Shown: piece by piece, positions 12,777 through 25,614 of the stretch
Position numbering within the stretch: position 1 is the stretch's first letter
How the letters are laid out: each line of letters starts with the position of its first letter
From: Eledone cirrhosa
Lineage: Eukaryota
Direction of reading: 5' to 3'
Assembly (NCBI GenBank): GCA_964016885.1
Contig: OZ024741.1
Location: 108,128,001 to 108,192,000, forward strand
DNA length: 64,000 nucleotides
Notes under the pieces: model-generated
Seen by the model: the letters and a program-made list of their open reading frames with translations, nothing else
Database searches by the model: none
Told to the model about the DNA's origin: nothing
Translations under genes and position numbers: made by a program

Positions 12777-13078
12777 CATTATTATTATTATTATTATGAT
12801 TATTGAATGCTATGGTTGACGGAGGCTCGGCTCTGTAAGGTATTGTAAATTTTGAACGCTATAACAATTGTAAATTGTTTAAAACTTTAACGAACTTGTA
12901 GACAAAAACACCCTCCTCCTCGTGAGAGGGGTCTTTCTGCCCGTTATTTGGCCCTTCGGGGTTAAATAACTGCTTATTGGGGTTTTGTGCTCAATATTTA
13001 TTTTAAAAAAAAACAACAACAGGGCTACGAAAAAGAATTTTCATAGGTCACTCCCACTCATTCCGTCTTCTTCTTCCT

Positions 13079-16000
13079 CAATCATCACTACAGCAGAGAG
13101 AAGATTGTCTCTCTCCCTCCCTTCTTTAAATGTGTCTCTCTCCCTCCCTTCTCTTTCGCAAGCGACGACAGAAAAGAAAAGTCTCGTGCAAAGCGTGCAA
13201 GATTTCTCCACGACGACGACGACAACGACGAAACAGGTGTGCGGGAAATACGAAAACCCACTTCATTCGTCTGACGTCAGGAATAATAGCAGTAGCAGCC
13301 GTAATAACAACAGCAACAGTGACAATGAAAACAACAGTAGCAGCCGCAACAGCATCACCAGCAGCATAAACAACAACAGCATTAGCAGCAGCAACACCAA
13401 CAACAACCACAGCAACAGCGGCGGAGGCAGTAGTCGTAGTACCTGCAACAACAACAAAAGTAACAGCAGCTCTGACGACAACAACAACAACAGCAGCAAA
13501 GAAAAACCAATCTCGTTTGCAGGTATCGCGAAGAACCTGGAAACAATCCTCATAACAAATGAGGAATTAGAGGAAGCGAAGAAGATGGTGACAAAGATTG
13601 TACACAGAGCAATCTGCAAGGCAGCGAAAAAATTTTTCGAAACCCAACAGCACTGTACGGTCACGTACCGTACAGTAAGTACAAAATCCCGTAGGGTTGA
13701 AAGAGCCACAGAGGCTCAAATACAAAAAGCCTTGGGGTCTGTGTGGCAGCGGAAAACGCACATCACCCGAGGCAAAAAATATGCCACCGTAGACGTACTT
13801 TTTTCCACACCCCAGGAGGCAAAGGCTCAATCCGTAGTGACCCTAAGGAGCGAGGAAATGGTGTTGGTGCCCTCCTACTGCGGGCAAAAAATTGTGATTT
13901 CAGGGACCTAGGAGGAACTATCAATCGAAGAGTATATTCGGACATACTCATAGAAGAGCCGACGACCAGCCGAAGAGACGATTCAACGGTCCTTTCACCA
14001 GACGATCAAGTGAAAAGGGATGTAAAAACCATCCCTCCTCTACGAAAAGTACGGTAAGTGGTCTTTCCCATCTTTTCCACTCTATTTTAAACATAACCTC
14101 ACTCAGAATAGGCAGCATAAATGCGCGTGGCTTGGGGCCGTCATGGAAGCAGGGTCACCTGCTCAACGACCTCAGGTCACTAAACATAGATGTAGTGGCC
14201 ATCAGCGAGACCAGAATCTCCGAAGCACGGGCCTTCGCACCGATCTTCGGCGGCTACGATGTGTACGCATCTCCCAGCCGTCCTGGATCGGGGGGGAGGA
14301 GTTGCTGTGCTTTTTCGGAGATGTTTGGATCTCGCCATACGGGTCATCTTCCTGGACCCAGAGGGTAAGCTGGTGGTGCTGGACATGACCAGCGGAAACG
14401 GGCAAGCTTTCAGGCTAGTGGCCGTCTATGCGCCGACAGGAGCAGGGCGGTCTGATTTCTTCCGGCGTCTGGAGACCTTTCTTGGAACGTCCCGCTCTTT
14501 AGTGTTAGTGGGCGACTGGAACGGGATCTAAGATGCACGCTGGGACTGTGTGGGATTAGCGGATAGGGGTGGAGGGTGCAAGAGCCTCACCAACCTGCTC
14601 AGGCGTTTTGAACTGTCTGACAGGTACCGATTGGATTTCCCGAATGTGCCAATGTGGACTTGCACAAATCGCATAGGGTCATCCAGATCATATCTAGATA
14701 GAGTATTTTGTAGGGAAATAGATAGGTCTAGCATAGGCTGTCCACAATTCAAGATAGTCAGCTACACGGACCACAAATTCGTGATCTGTGTGCTTGACTT
14801 AGATAGGCTTCATAGACGAGGACCCGGCTACTGGAAGCTAAACGCGTCCTTACCAGCGCGCAATGCCTACAGAGACCGGATTAGCGAACTAGTTGAGCGG
14901 GCGTTGACGGGGGCCATCGTCAACAACAAGTGGTGATTTGCTCTGAAAAGAGCGATTAGAATAGAATCCATTAGGTTTAGTAAGGCTTTAGCAATAGAGA
15001 AAAATAGAGCAGAGGGAGAACTAGTTAGAAAATTAGACGAGGCGCTTAACAAAGGCATTGCGACCGACGTGTTTGCGGCGAAATTGGCCCTTGACCAATT
15101 CTTCAATGCAAAGCATGAAGGCTGCGTTGTCAGAGCAAGGGTGCGTGCTCTCAGACACGAGGGGACGAAAGCCGTTCCATGGGCCCGAGTGGCGGAGGCG
15201 CGTCGTGGCAACAAAGCCACGATCCGGTCTTTGGTGGACCACGACGGGCGCATGTTACTCGATCCCGGGCAAATGTGTGAAGCTTCTCAGCGACAATTCG
15301 CTCAGCTGTTGGGGGGCAGCGGTGGGCCGGGTCGAGGGATGGATTTTAGTGTCTACCTCGACGGACTGCCGCGGCTCTCGGCCACTGAGGAAAGTGTTGC
15401 GAAAAGCCGATAACAGCCGCTGAAGTAAGGGAGGCAATGACTGGCTGCACAAGGGGTAAATCGCCTGGTTTGGATGGTCTGCCCTACGAACTTTACGTAC
15501 AGATGCCAGACTTGTTCGGAGGCCTCTTGGCGGACGTCTACTGCAACTGGCAACAGAACGGGAGAATTCCCAGTTCTGTGAGCCGAGGAGCGGTGGCACT
15601 GCTGAGAAAGGATCCGAACAAGGGGGATAACATAGATAATTTCCGGCCCATAACTCTGCTAAACGCAGAGTTCAAGATTTGGGCCAAGGTGCTAGCAAAG
15701 AGGTTGGCGCTTGTCGTTGGTGTTCTGGTGGGAGAGGCGCAGACATGCGCCATTCCCGACAGATCCATCCACGACAAGCTCCACCTCATGCGATACATCG
15801 TAGAGAGGGTAGCTAGGGAACCTGGCACGGGTGGGTCCTTGATCAATTTAGATCAGTCGAAAGCTTTCGATAGGGTCGACCATCGTTACCTAGCGGCATG
15901 CCTGAGGGCGGCTGGCTTTGGGCCCGTCTTCAGAGGCTGGATCGCTGCCATGCACAGCGACATCTGCTCTGTGGTGAGAGTGAACGGTCACCTGTCGGAA

Positions 16001-17761
16001 CCGTTCAACATCATGCGCTCGGTCCGCCAAGGATGTCCCCTCTCGTCCCTCTTGTACGTATTGACTCTCGAGCGATTACTGCACAAACAGGAGACGTTGA
16101 GGGGCGTCCCGCGCGAACTAGGATGCGGAAGATCCGTGTCAGCATATGCGGACGATGTCACTGTAGTGGTGTCGAACGCCAAACACATCGAGGCGATCGG
16201 CACTACACTAAGAGAATACGAAGCGGTGACAGGAGAAATGATCAACCAGGAAAAGTCAGTGGGCCTGCAGCTCGGCACCTGGAGAGGCAGATCCATGCCG
16301 TCCAACAGCGTCGTCGGACGCTGGACGGACGGACCGGTTAAATTGCTAGGGGTCTGGTTTGGTCCGGACCTCCAGACGGACAAAAACAGGGACGAAGTAA
16401 CGAGCAAGGTGGCTTCTCTCACCCAGAAATGGGCGGAGAGGAAGCTATCCCTGAAAGGTCGAGCGGAGGTGGCTAACGCGTACATCGCGTCTGTCATCTG
16501 CTACCGCCTGACCGTCGTACCTTGTCCTAAGCCTCGCCTGACTGCGCTGGAGCGTTTGCTCTTTCACTTTTTGTGGAAGGGACGCGCTCCGATGGTCAGG
16601 CGGTCCATCTGTTGTCAACACCCGCTACGTGGAGGGCTGGGCATGCCCTGGCTGATGATGCGCAGGCATGCGCTCAGGCTACGACATCTCCACCTCTTCC
16701 TCGACGGTGATCAGGTGTGGTCGCCGTTTGCTAGACACGTCTTTCCCCATATCGTTTCCTTGACGGAGCTGCAGTCCTGGGTCAAGCGAAGACCGAGAGG
16801 GAGTGCCTGGAGACTGGAATGTCTTCAGGCGCTCACAGCCCTTGACCAATCGGGCAATGTGATCGGTGGAAACTCCACCTCGGCGTTCTATAGAGGATTA
16901 GTGGAGGGGAAGAGCGACGACGTACTCGGGGAAACTCTAGGCGTTGACGAAAATCAACTAGCCAATCTCTTCGGAAGGACTTTCGGGCCAGGGCCTATGG
17001 ACAACTTCCAGAAATCTCTGGCCTGGCAGTGCTACCGAGGAGCCTTGCCAGTTCGGGATAAACTCTACAGGCATGGAGGTGTCGTCAGCCGGGCATGTCC
17101 GAGATGCGCGCAGAGCGACGAAACCGTCCTGCACGCACTCGTCCAGTGTCCGAAAATTGCTGACTTGTGGGTTTATGTCGAACACCTGCTGTCGCGTGTA
17201 GGACGGATCCGGCTATCATCTGAATCCATCCTGAGGATTGCCCCGCCCTCCTCCTTTAGCCGGTAAGGGCATGCAGTTTTTATCTGTCCGGTGGCCATGG
17301 CGAAAGAGATAGTATGGTGGACACGTTTGAAAGGGCTGAAGACGAGCACTTACCTCTTCGGTGATGCTCTGATTTACTTTTTCAAATTTCATTTGAAAAG
17401 GAAAATCAGAGTAGAGAGGGAAGTGCTCTCTTCCCAGCATTTTGTTGAAAGATGGGTGAGAGAAGCAAGAATGGCCCGAGTGAATGGGTCTACTCTGAGT
17501 ATATATCTGTAAATTAAAGGTGGAAAACTGGAAGAGGGCACTTGCCTTGGTGGTCAGGGTCACTGTGGCCTTTTACTGGGCTTTCTCCACAAATGTTCTT
17601 CCGAAGTCTCCCCCTATTGGGGAATTTTTCATTGTTATTTTTTGTTACATCCTCTGTTTTTGTTTTTTACACGCAGAAATGCCCATTTGTACCGTCCTGT
17701 ATTGTCCTGCACTGTCCTTAATGTCTACTTTATGTAAACCCTTGTGGTTAATAAAGAAATC
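13079..17761 (+). mobile_element. Tx1/L1-clade LINE, degenerate near-full-length, associated with (TTC)n
   Basis: ORF1-like low-complexity region. APE endonuclease motifs from ~14100 (INARGL, ISETR, VYAP, LVGDWN, YLDRV, YTDHK). RT at 15437-17266. AATAAA at 17750, then (TTC)n. A short TTC run also lies at 13068-13078. Confidence 0.88.
14100..17512 (+). pseudogene. Tx1-type ORF2 (APE-RT-zinc finger) with stops and frameshifts
   Basis: KSPGLDGLP, NFRPITLLN, LDQSKAFDRV, RQGCPLS, AYADDV, CPRC...HALVQC. Confidence 0.88.
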
Positions 17762-17826
17762 ATTCTTCTTCTTCTTCTTCTTCTTCTTCTTCTTCTTCTT
17801 CTTCTTCTTCTTCTTCTTCTTCTTCC
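17762..17826. repeat. (TTC)n tract at the Tx1 3' end
   Basis: Direct reading. Confidence 0.95.
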
Positions 17827-18649
17827 GAGCTGTGCACTATCGAGAAACCTTACTCCATAGACCATCAGATGAATCGCATTTCGGCTTCTTGTATTCGAGA
17901 TCTTATTCTGTCATCATCTGCAGCCCTTCTAGCCTTTATTTCAGTATCCTACCTTCTATCACCCGTGAAAAATACGAAAACATTACGCAGCTTTAACTGA
18001 AATTTGTTGTTGTTTAGTTCTATGTCAACCCTGATCGACCCAAATCTATACTGAAAGGCTGAAAGACGGACCAGTCGTGATGATTCCGCATTCGTTAACG
18101 TTCATTTTACAATATATACTTTATTATAGTGGGTTAAAGAGACTTTTAGATTTGGCTGTCATTTGTTGTAGACAGTTAGAAGCTTCTTTGCAGAATAAGA
18201 TCAATGAACAAATTATGAGGCCATCTTGCATACAGACCGCGATAGAGCAAGCAGAACAGACAGTGTCCTCTTTTGCCGGAACATATCTATCTATCACTTT
18301 CTCTCTCTACATCGCTTTCTCTCTCTAACCCCCTCCCCTTTCTATCTTTCTTTTGCTTTTCGTTTCTTTCAATCAGAGAATTGTTCGATGTAAGAAGTGT
18401 TGTCACTTAGAAGGTTGATGGTAGGTGGCGAAAGGAATGATTCTGATTGTTCCGCTTATATACTTATACACATTCAATTATTGTAAGGATGCAAAAGCTG
18501 GTACATGAGAGGAATCAGAAAGCTGATAGAAAGATAATTGTTAAACAAAGAAGTTCTAATTACAACAGGGATACATGGTTTCGAATAACCCAACGTCTTA
18601 AATGATACATTTTTATATCATCTTTATTTCTGAACTAGCAACAAGTAGT

Positions 18650-18752
18650 AATTGTTTCTACTTTTGGCACAAGGCCAGCAATGATTCCTGTGGATTCCTG
18701 GTACTTTATTGTATCGACCCCGTAAGGATGAAAGGCAAAGTTAATCTCGGCG
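18650..18752 (-). mobile_element. SINE fragment (Nin/Deu-like core)
   Basis: Reverse complement of CGCCGAGATTAACTTTGCCTTTCATCCTTACGGGGTCGATACAATAAAGTACCAG. Confidence 0.75.
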
Positions 18753-19618
18753 CATAGCGTCTAGACCTCTACCGATATTGAACCTACAGAATCTTAAATA
18801 GCGATTAAAGCCACTCCAGTATTGGTAATTATTTTATCGCATCTGGAAGAATAAAGGTACAATGAAACTCGGCTTCATTTCGTTTCATCACGTATATGAA
18901 CGTAACTGAATACTGGAAGCGGCTTAGCTGGCATTGTACCTCATACTTCAATCTACAAGGAAGCTTTGTATAGTAAAGATTACCGAATTTTTCCTACGAA
19001 ACAATACCACATATGTTCATAGTCATGCGTTATGTTTCCTTAGTTCGTGACATGTTACCACTTTCAAATGATTTTTTTGAAAGGGGGGGGGGACACGGGG
19101 TGGTAATTGCATGTAATTTTCAAGTCTTTTACAATTGACAATTTCATCTCTATTGTTGAGGAATTCATTTTTTTTAAATCTTTACATTTAAATTTCCGCT
19201 TCGATAATATTTTTATAGCTTGTCAGGTAAAATATAATTATTTCTAAATACTGAGATCAGTGATATGAACGTCTAGATAGGAAGGTTGTCAGATCTATAA
19301 TAATGTCATTATATGGTTCAAAAGATTATGTGACCAATGTCATTTGTTTCCTGCATGTGAAATTTCTGACTTTTATACAGCTATGAAATACATTTGTGGG
19401 TATGCGATAAATAGTTATCTTGTATTCTAAACAAAATGTTATAATTATCAACAAAGTCAACAAAGAAGAATTTGCAACGTATATATATGCTTTCTACAGG
19501 GCTAGTTCTGGTTCATTCGTATGAAATCATCAGTAATGTCAGAATATTTTTGATGATTTCATATAAATGAAATAATTCTATTCTATAAATGGAAACTATA
19601 TTTATAAAACCATATTTA

Positions 19619-19675
19619 TTTTATTATATATATTTCAAGGGTACCAACATTTTGGTACGCCCTCATCAGATAAAA
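19619..19675 (-). ncRNA. Type I hammerhead ribozyme (PLE-type)
   Basis: Minus strand: UUUUAU CUGAUGA gggcguacc-aaaauguu-gguacccuu GAAA uauaua UA AUAAAA. Same family as 48558 and 53626. Confidence 0.75.
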
Positions 19676-19885
19676 TACAAAATTTGTTTTATAAATGGTG
19701 AAATAACCAAGAAACCAGACCTCACCGGTTCAGGTTCAGTTTGGATATAATAAAATAAATATGGTTTTATAAATATAGTTTCCATTTATTAATATCATTG
19801 ATATTATACTCCAGAAAACTGTAGAGTGCTTCGAATCTGTTTTTAATAAATTTGTTGAATAACCAACAAATTAAATATCTCTTTG

Positions 19886-19962
<77 letters not shown>

Positions 19963-20389
19963 ATGTGTGTGTGTGTGCGTTGTGTGTGTGTGTGTGTGTG
20001 TGTGTATAGTAATAATAATAAATGTGAAGACTAAATTCCAAAGAGGGCTCGATAAGGATAAATATATATCAAATATATAAGAACCCTAGAGCAAATATTT
20101 AATAAAATAACATATTAAAGTTTAAGCAAAGAATCGCTACTTTCACCGTTAACGGGATCTTCTGAAACACTTCGGTTTGCTTTTATCCTCCTATGTTGTT
20201 TACTTGTCTCCCTCGCTTTACGCGAATTACTGGCCCCAATAACTTTTTTTAGTTATTACTCGCACCAACCTGAGGTATCTGATTTTTAATGCGATGAAAT
20301 ACCAATGATGGTTGGAAAATCACTGACGACGGACTATTTTTATCATATGTAACCCATGTGCAAACCACGCAGTATTCTTCTTTCTTCTC

Positions 20390-20427
<38 letters not shown>

Positions 20428-20906
20428 AATCGTTTTTCGAAGGAAAATACAATACTCATTAGATTAGTAAAGTAGTATATATGTCAAAGTAAAACGAGAT
20501 ATCGTTTAAGGTTACCTAATTTCAGGTTACGAGTAATCTGTACCGAGGAATATTTCAGCGTACGGTGCTAGTTGATTCAACAAGATGCTTACTTAGCTTT
20601 TTCGGAGGGTAGATTCCTGAAAATTCCGTGATTAGTAGTTCTTGGAGTAGTAATAACAGGTAAAAGGATGATTAACATGGATAAGCGATATAACTGGGTT
20701 TTATTCCAATATAGTTTCTATTAAATCGCTTATCCGTTTTAATCATCCTTTTAGCTGTTATATATATATGTGTGTGTGTGTAAAATAACAACACAATCGG
20801 TACAGTATATGGAAGGAATATATTAGGTTAAGGCTTGATATATCAGGAATATACAGTTTAATAAAAATTAAAAAAATGGCACATTTGTTGGTATTCAATG
20901 ATTAAT

Positions 20907-21850
20907 TTATTGAGTACTGGAAAATCTTACACGTTTTTCAATGCAACAACCGCAAGCTGCAAAAAAATAAAAAATAAAAAATAAAAGCCGATACTTGAAA
21001 TGAATAGTAGAATCCGACACCCACATTGAATGGTTGCAACTTAGCATAAATACATAAATACTAGGGCATTTATATAGATATTCAGGGCAGTAATGAGCTG
21101 CTCCTGCAGAAACCTTCACAGCATGTCCCGCAAAGTGCGTTCGTGTGCCTTTTCGAGGTCCAGGAAACAGGTATACATCTCTTTGCAATACTCCCATGAT
21201 TTTTCGAAGACATGCCGTAGTGGGAATATTTGATCGTCTGAGCTGCGTAGACGGTGAAAACGACACGTCAGAAAGTTTGGATTCGACAATATTCTTACAT
21301 CTCTTTGCCAGACACTTAGCATAGATTTTATTGGGGAGGCTTAACAATGAGATCCCTCTATAGTTAATGTAATCTCTATTGTCTCCCGAATTTCATCCTA
21401 CCAAGAGGCCTTGCTTAATTTGAGCTCTTATATTGCTCAGGTGACCTCAGCCTCTGAGATGTTAATTATTGTTCCTAAATGCACCCCTTGAACAATCGCA
21501 ACTTGATTCCAAATTTTACACCAGACATAGAGACATTTCCTTCAGTCTAAGCTTCAAGGGAGAAATCCTATCTCCACATGGGATCCTGTACATAACACAT
21601 GCCGACAGCAGGTGACTTGTGACTATTCCCACTCCCGCTTGTGCAGGCTTTTCTGGTGCAACACCTGAACAGTGTAGCTTCCATCCTTCATCAAAATCTA
21701 CAGTACCTCAGCCACGGAACTTTGTTTGGAGAAACCCCGACTATATCTAGTCGGTAGCATATGGCCTCCTCCATAAGTTCCTGTTCATCACTTGTAAGAA
21801 TTGTAACGTTCCAGTTGCTTATTGTTAAGATATGCTCCTATCGGGATACA
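20907..21850 (-). mobile_element. Decayed RTE-clade LINE fragments
   Basis: YRGISLLSLPNKIYAKCL, FEKSWEYCKEMYTCFLDLEKAH; APE start (ISNWNVTILT) near 21820. Confidence 0.7.
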
Positions 21851-22365
21851 GAAATGTGTGCGTCCATCCCAGGCCTCCAAGGGCATTTCGTAGGTGCATC
21901 GTCACTTCTTACAGCATTGGATGGAGACTGCAATGTATTTTTCAAACATGTCCCTTTATCTAAAGCCTGAATACATCCCTTATTATCACGCGCAAAGGAG
22001 GATGCAGTATGAATATTTTAGTTTTGTCTATCCATATTGAATTTGTAGTGTTTTTATTTGCGCTAGTCATTAATTTGTAACATTTCTCAGACCCGGGGAG
22101 ACTAGGCCTTTTGAAGAGGCGGCCTTTACACGCATCATCGTACCTACATTACTAGGTTGTGGAAGATTGGCATTGGAGCTAACAGTGTCAAGTATTATTT
22201 TATCACCTCTAGTTTCTTTTACCACTGTCAGTCTGGATTTCCTTATTCGTCTGGCAAGAGCCCACTTATATTCCAACTAACCATCATATCTGGTGGCCGT
22301 ATCATTATCAGGCTCCTGCAACCCGTTCTCTAACAGAACGGCTTCACCGAGAAATATAAATATAA

Positions 22366-22399
<34 letters not shown>

Positions 22400-22755
22400 T
22401 TTAGTACAGCATAGACGAAGCTCTAGTATACGGCCAAGCTAGCGTGTATGCTTATTCGGTTTGTAGCTTTAGCACTCAGATGAGGTAAGACCCCAGAGTA
22501 TAACATTATGTTCAGACAGCTGAGCAAATTAGATATAGCAGTCGGCAGTCCGACCGCATTACCAGAGCAACGAAAATACAAGACCCAGGAAAAGATATAT
22601 ATATAATTACAAGAAACGAAGCAGGCTGTATGGTTACTGTAAACAAAGTTTAAGATGGTAATATGGACGAAACAAAAGATGAAACACTTCATCATAGATG
22701 CAGATCATAGATGTTTCGGCTCTTATAGATATATTTATATGTGTGCGTGAGTGTA

Positions 22756-22799
<44 letters not shown>

Positions 22800-22810
22800 T
22801 GTGGGGGTGC

Positions 22811-22843
<33 letters not shown>

Positions 22844-23598
22844 TGTGCGTGTTGTATATATACATATGTAATATGCTTCAAACGAATATGACTGGGTAAT
22901 TGTATCACTGTATTCTTTAAATATATGTATATATATTCAGTGTACCCACGGCATTCGCGGTCCCCGTTATTCGCGGAATTTTCCTTAGAACCTAACTAAT
23001 AATTGTTCCTGGAAACCACAACCTATTCACAGAATCGTAAATATCTTAAGCGATTTTTTTAATTCCTTTTTTCGTGACAATATATTTTTTAACGCTAAAT
23101 TATTAATAACACTATACCGTGTTTGCCAGCCTATTGGACGCCCATTCTCATAAGAAGCTCTTTTATTAAATTATATTTTACGTTATATTTTGATGTTTAT
23201 AGGCCGATTCCTCACTCATTCAATGGGAAACTAAGTTCGTATTATTAAAATCGAACCCAGCTGGCCAGAGTGCACACTTTCGTTAAACAGCGAGGGAAAC
23301 GTCTTCGTGTGGGTACATTGGAAATTCTCTGAATTTCCAAACTTTTGATAAGTGAAACCGTCGGTAACAGCATTAGAACAGGTGAATATTTAAATCCTAT
23401 TTTAATTTATTTAAAAGATTGTTTAATGTTTACTTGTTCCGTTCATAGTTCTGGTATCTCAAATTAGTACCATTGAACAACAATTATTATATACACCATA
23501 TATATTTCCGTGGGTACTACTTAGTACATGTTGGAATATTTATATCATTTTATATATATATATATACGTCTCATTTTATATATATATCTATACGTCTC

Positions 23599-23642
<44 letters not shown>

Positions 23643-23852
23643 CCACAACAGTTAGTTCACTTTACAGAGAACAAATGTTTCAACTTATTCTGATCCTCAG
23701 CTGAGGATCCGAACTATTTCTTCCAAACTCGTCCCATGGGCTGAGTGCTCTACTACAACGGATATAACCCACCAGTGTTCTAGTATAATATATATATATA
23801 TATATATATATAGAATAAGGTGAAACATTTGAAACATTATGTATATATATAT

Positions 23853-24950
23853 ACTAGACCGAAGAATGCGGGCGCATGTGTATTAATATTCTTAAATAAT
23901 AATAAACCTGGAAAAGTACAGGACAAATAGAATTAACTCTAAAAATATTGAAGCTGGAATTTGAATTTGATGAATTTAATGTACAGTAAAATTAGCAATG
24001 CCAAGAGATAATAAGAAATAATAATGAATTAGGGGATTTATTAGATATTAAGTCACCAGTTTGCCTAAGTCAGCAATCATCATTTTGCCAACCAAATTCA
24101 ATTAATGTCTTTTGTACATAAATTGTCAGTTCATTTAAGTTGTCACTTTTTTGTCCCCTTAATGGGTTAATTATACTGTATTACTTTAAAAATTGACATT
24201 AAAAATTAAATGAAATTAATAGTAAAAAGTAATGAGCTATATTTTGCATAAATTGTCATCATTAATCTAATTTCATTTAAAAAAAGTTAAGCCAAAATTT
24301 GTCAAGATCGAATTACAGTTGACTCTCCCTAATTGTCAGCGCCATTTTTGGCCCAACTTTTATTTTTTGTGACTCTCCCTAATTGTCAGTCATTTTTACA
24401 GTTCCTTTGAGTGACAATTAGAGATAGTCACTGTATTTCAAAAAGGAAATTTAGTGATCAAGTGCGATATCATTCTGATTGATAATCTGGATTACTGTTC
24501 CTTTCTTATGAGGAAAGCAGATACTATCTTTTAGAGATTAGCACCAAATATTAACTAGGCTATTTCTAATGAATCAAGGTGATTTCTAGATCGTTTCTAA
24601 TTATATAATTAATAATTAAAGTAAAAAATTATCTTGGTTGTCTTTAGGTCATTCTTGTGTTATTCTAAATCTATCCATGAAAGAGCTAGAAATGACCATT
24701 CCACATGCCAGTGCCGAAACGCTGGCACAGAAATGCCTGCACCGAAACGTCCTGTTCCATGCCATCTTAACAACCTTCACCTCCTTGTGATTAAGTGTGA
24801 TGTCATAGGCTTATTATTGTACATTTAATTCATCAAATTCAAATTCCAGCTTTAATATTTTAAGAGTTAATTCTACTTGTCCTGTACTTTCCCAGGTTTA
24901 TTATTATTTAAGAATATTAATACACATGCGCCCGCATTTTTCGGTCTAGT
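23853..24950. repeat. ~130-bp inverted repeat pair (23853-23984 / ~24819-24950) ending in CTAGT
   Basis: ACTAGACCGAAGAATGCGGGCGCATGTG... versus ...CACATGCGCCCGCATTTTTCGGTCTAGT. Confidence 0.85.
24314..24435. mobile_element. Small pogo/Tigger-like MITE
   Basis: TA-CAGT(T)GACTCTCCCTAATTGTCA ... TGACAATTAGAGATAGTCACTG-TA. Confidence 0.6.
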
Positions 24951-25364
24951 CCCCTTTTCTTAGGGCATTGCAGCAAATTATTTTATTTAAATTACCTTGA
25001 CCATTTTCTAAGGCATTTACAGTCCTTTTTTCATGAATAAAAATTAATATTTCATTTCAATATTTATATAAAATCCAAAACATTAAAATTGAAAAGGTAT
25101 TTTGTAGAATATAATCAATTGAGACATTTGCCTTTTCTGAACACTCTTACTACAAGCCTGCAGGTGTGCCCATAGAGACAAAGCTATAATTGACTATACT
25201 CTAATGATCAATTTAGAGTTTAACTTAACAAGTGAAGTTATTAAAGATGCTAGAAAAACAAGCAATTAAAATAACTGAGTCAAATATAAATAGAATTAAC
25301 TAGTAAATAAATAAAATGCCAATAAACAGTGAGCTCAAATTCAACAATAATTTGTCCATAATTA

Positions 25365-25610
25365 GCAGTTAGTCCAAAATAAAATTAAGTAGTCCAGAAT
25401 TAGCATTTAGTCCAAAATAAAATTATGTAGTCGAAAATCAGCATTTAGTCCACAATAAGCAGCAAGTAGTCAAAAATAAAATTAAGTAGTCCAGAATCAG
25501 CATTTAGTCCAAAATAATCAGCAAGTAGTCCAAAACAAAATGAAGTAGTCCAGAATTAACAGTAGTCCTAATTATAAGTTGGTAGTCCAAGATCAATAGT
25601 CCAAAATCAA
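25365..25610. repeat. Degenerate AGTCC-based minisatellite (~19/38-bp period) downstream of the Helitron-like ORF
   Basis: Repeats of AGTCCAAAATAAAATTAAGT and AGTCCAGAATTAGCATTT. Confidence 0.75.
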
Positions 25611-25614
25611 AAGT

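Noticed and set aside
25365-25610. Regularly spaced short repeats resembling a CRISPR array
   Set aside because: No unique spacers, eukaryotic context and no cas genes; it is a degenerate minisatellite.
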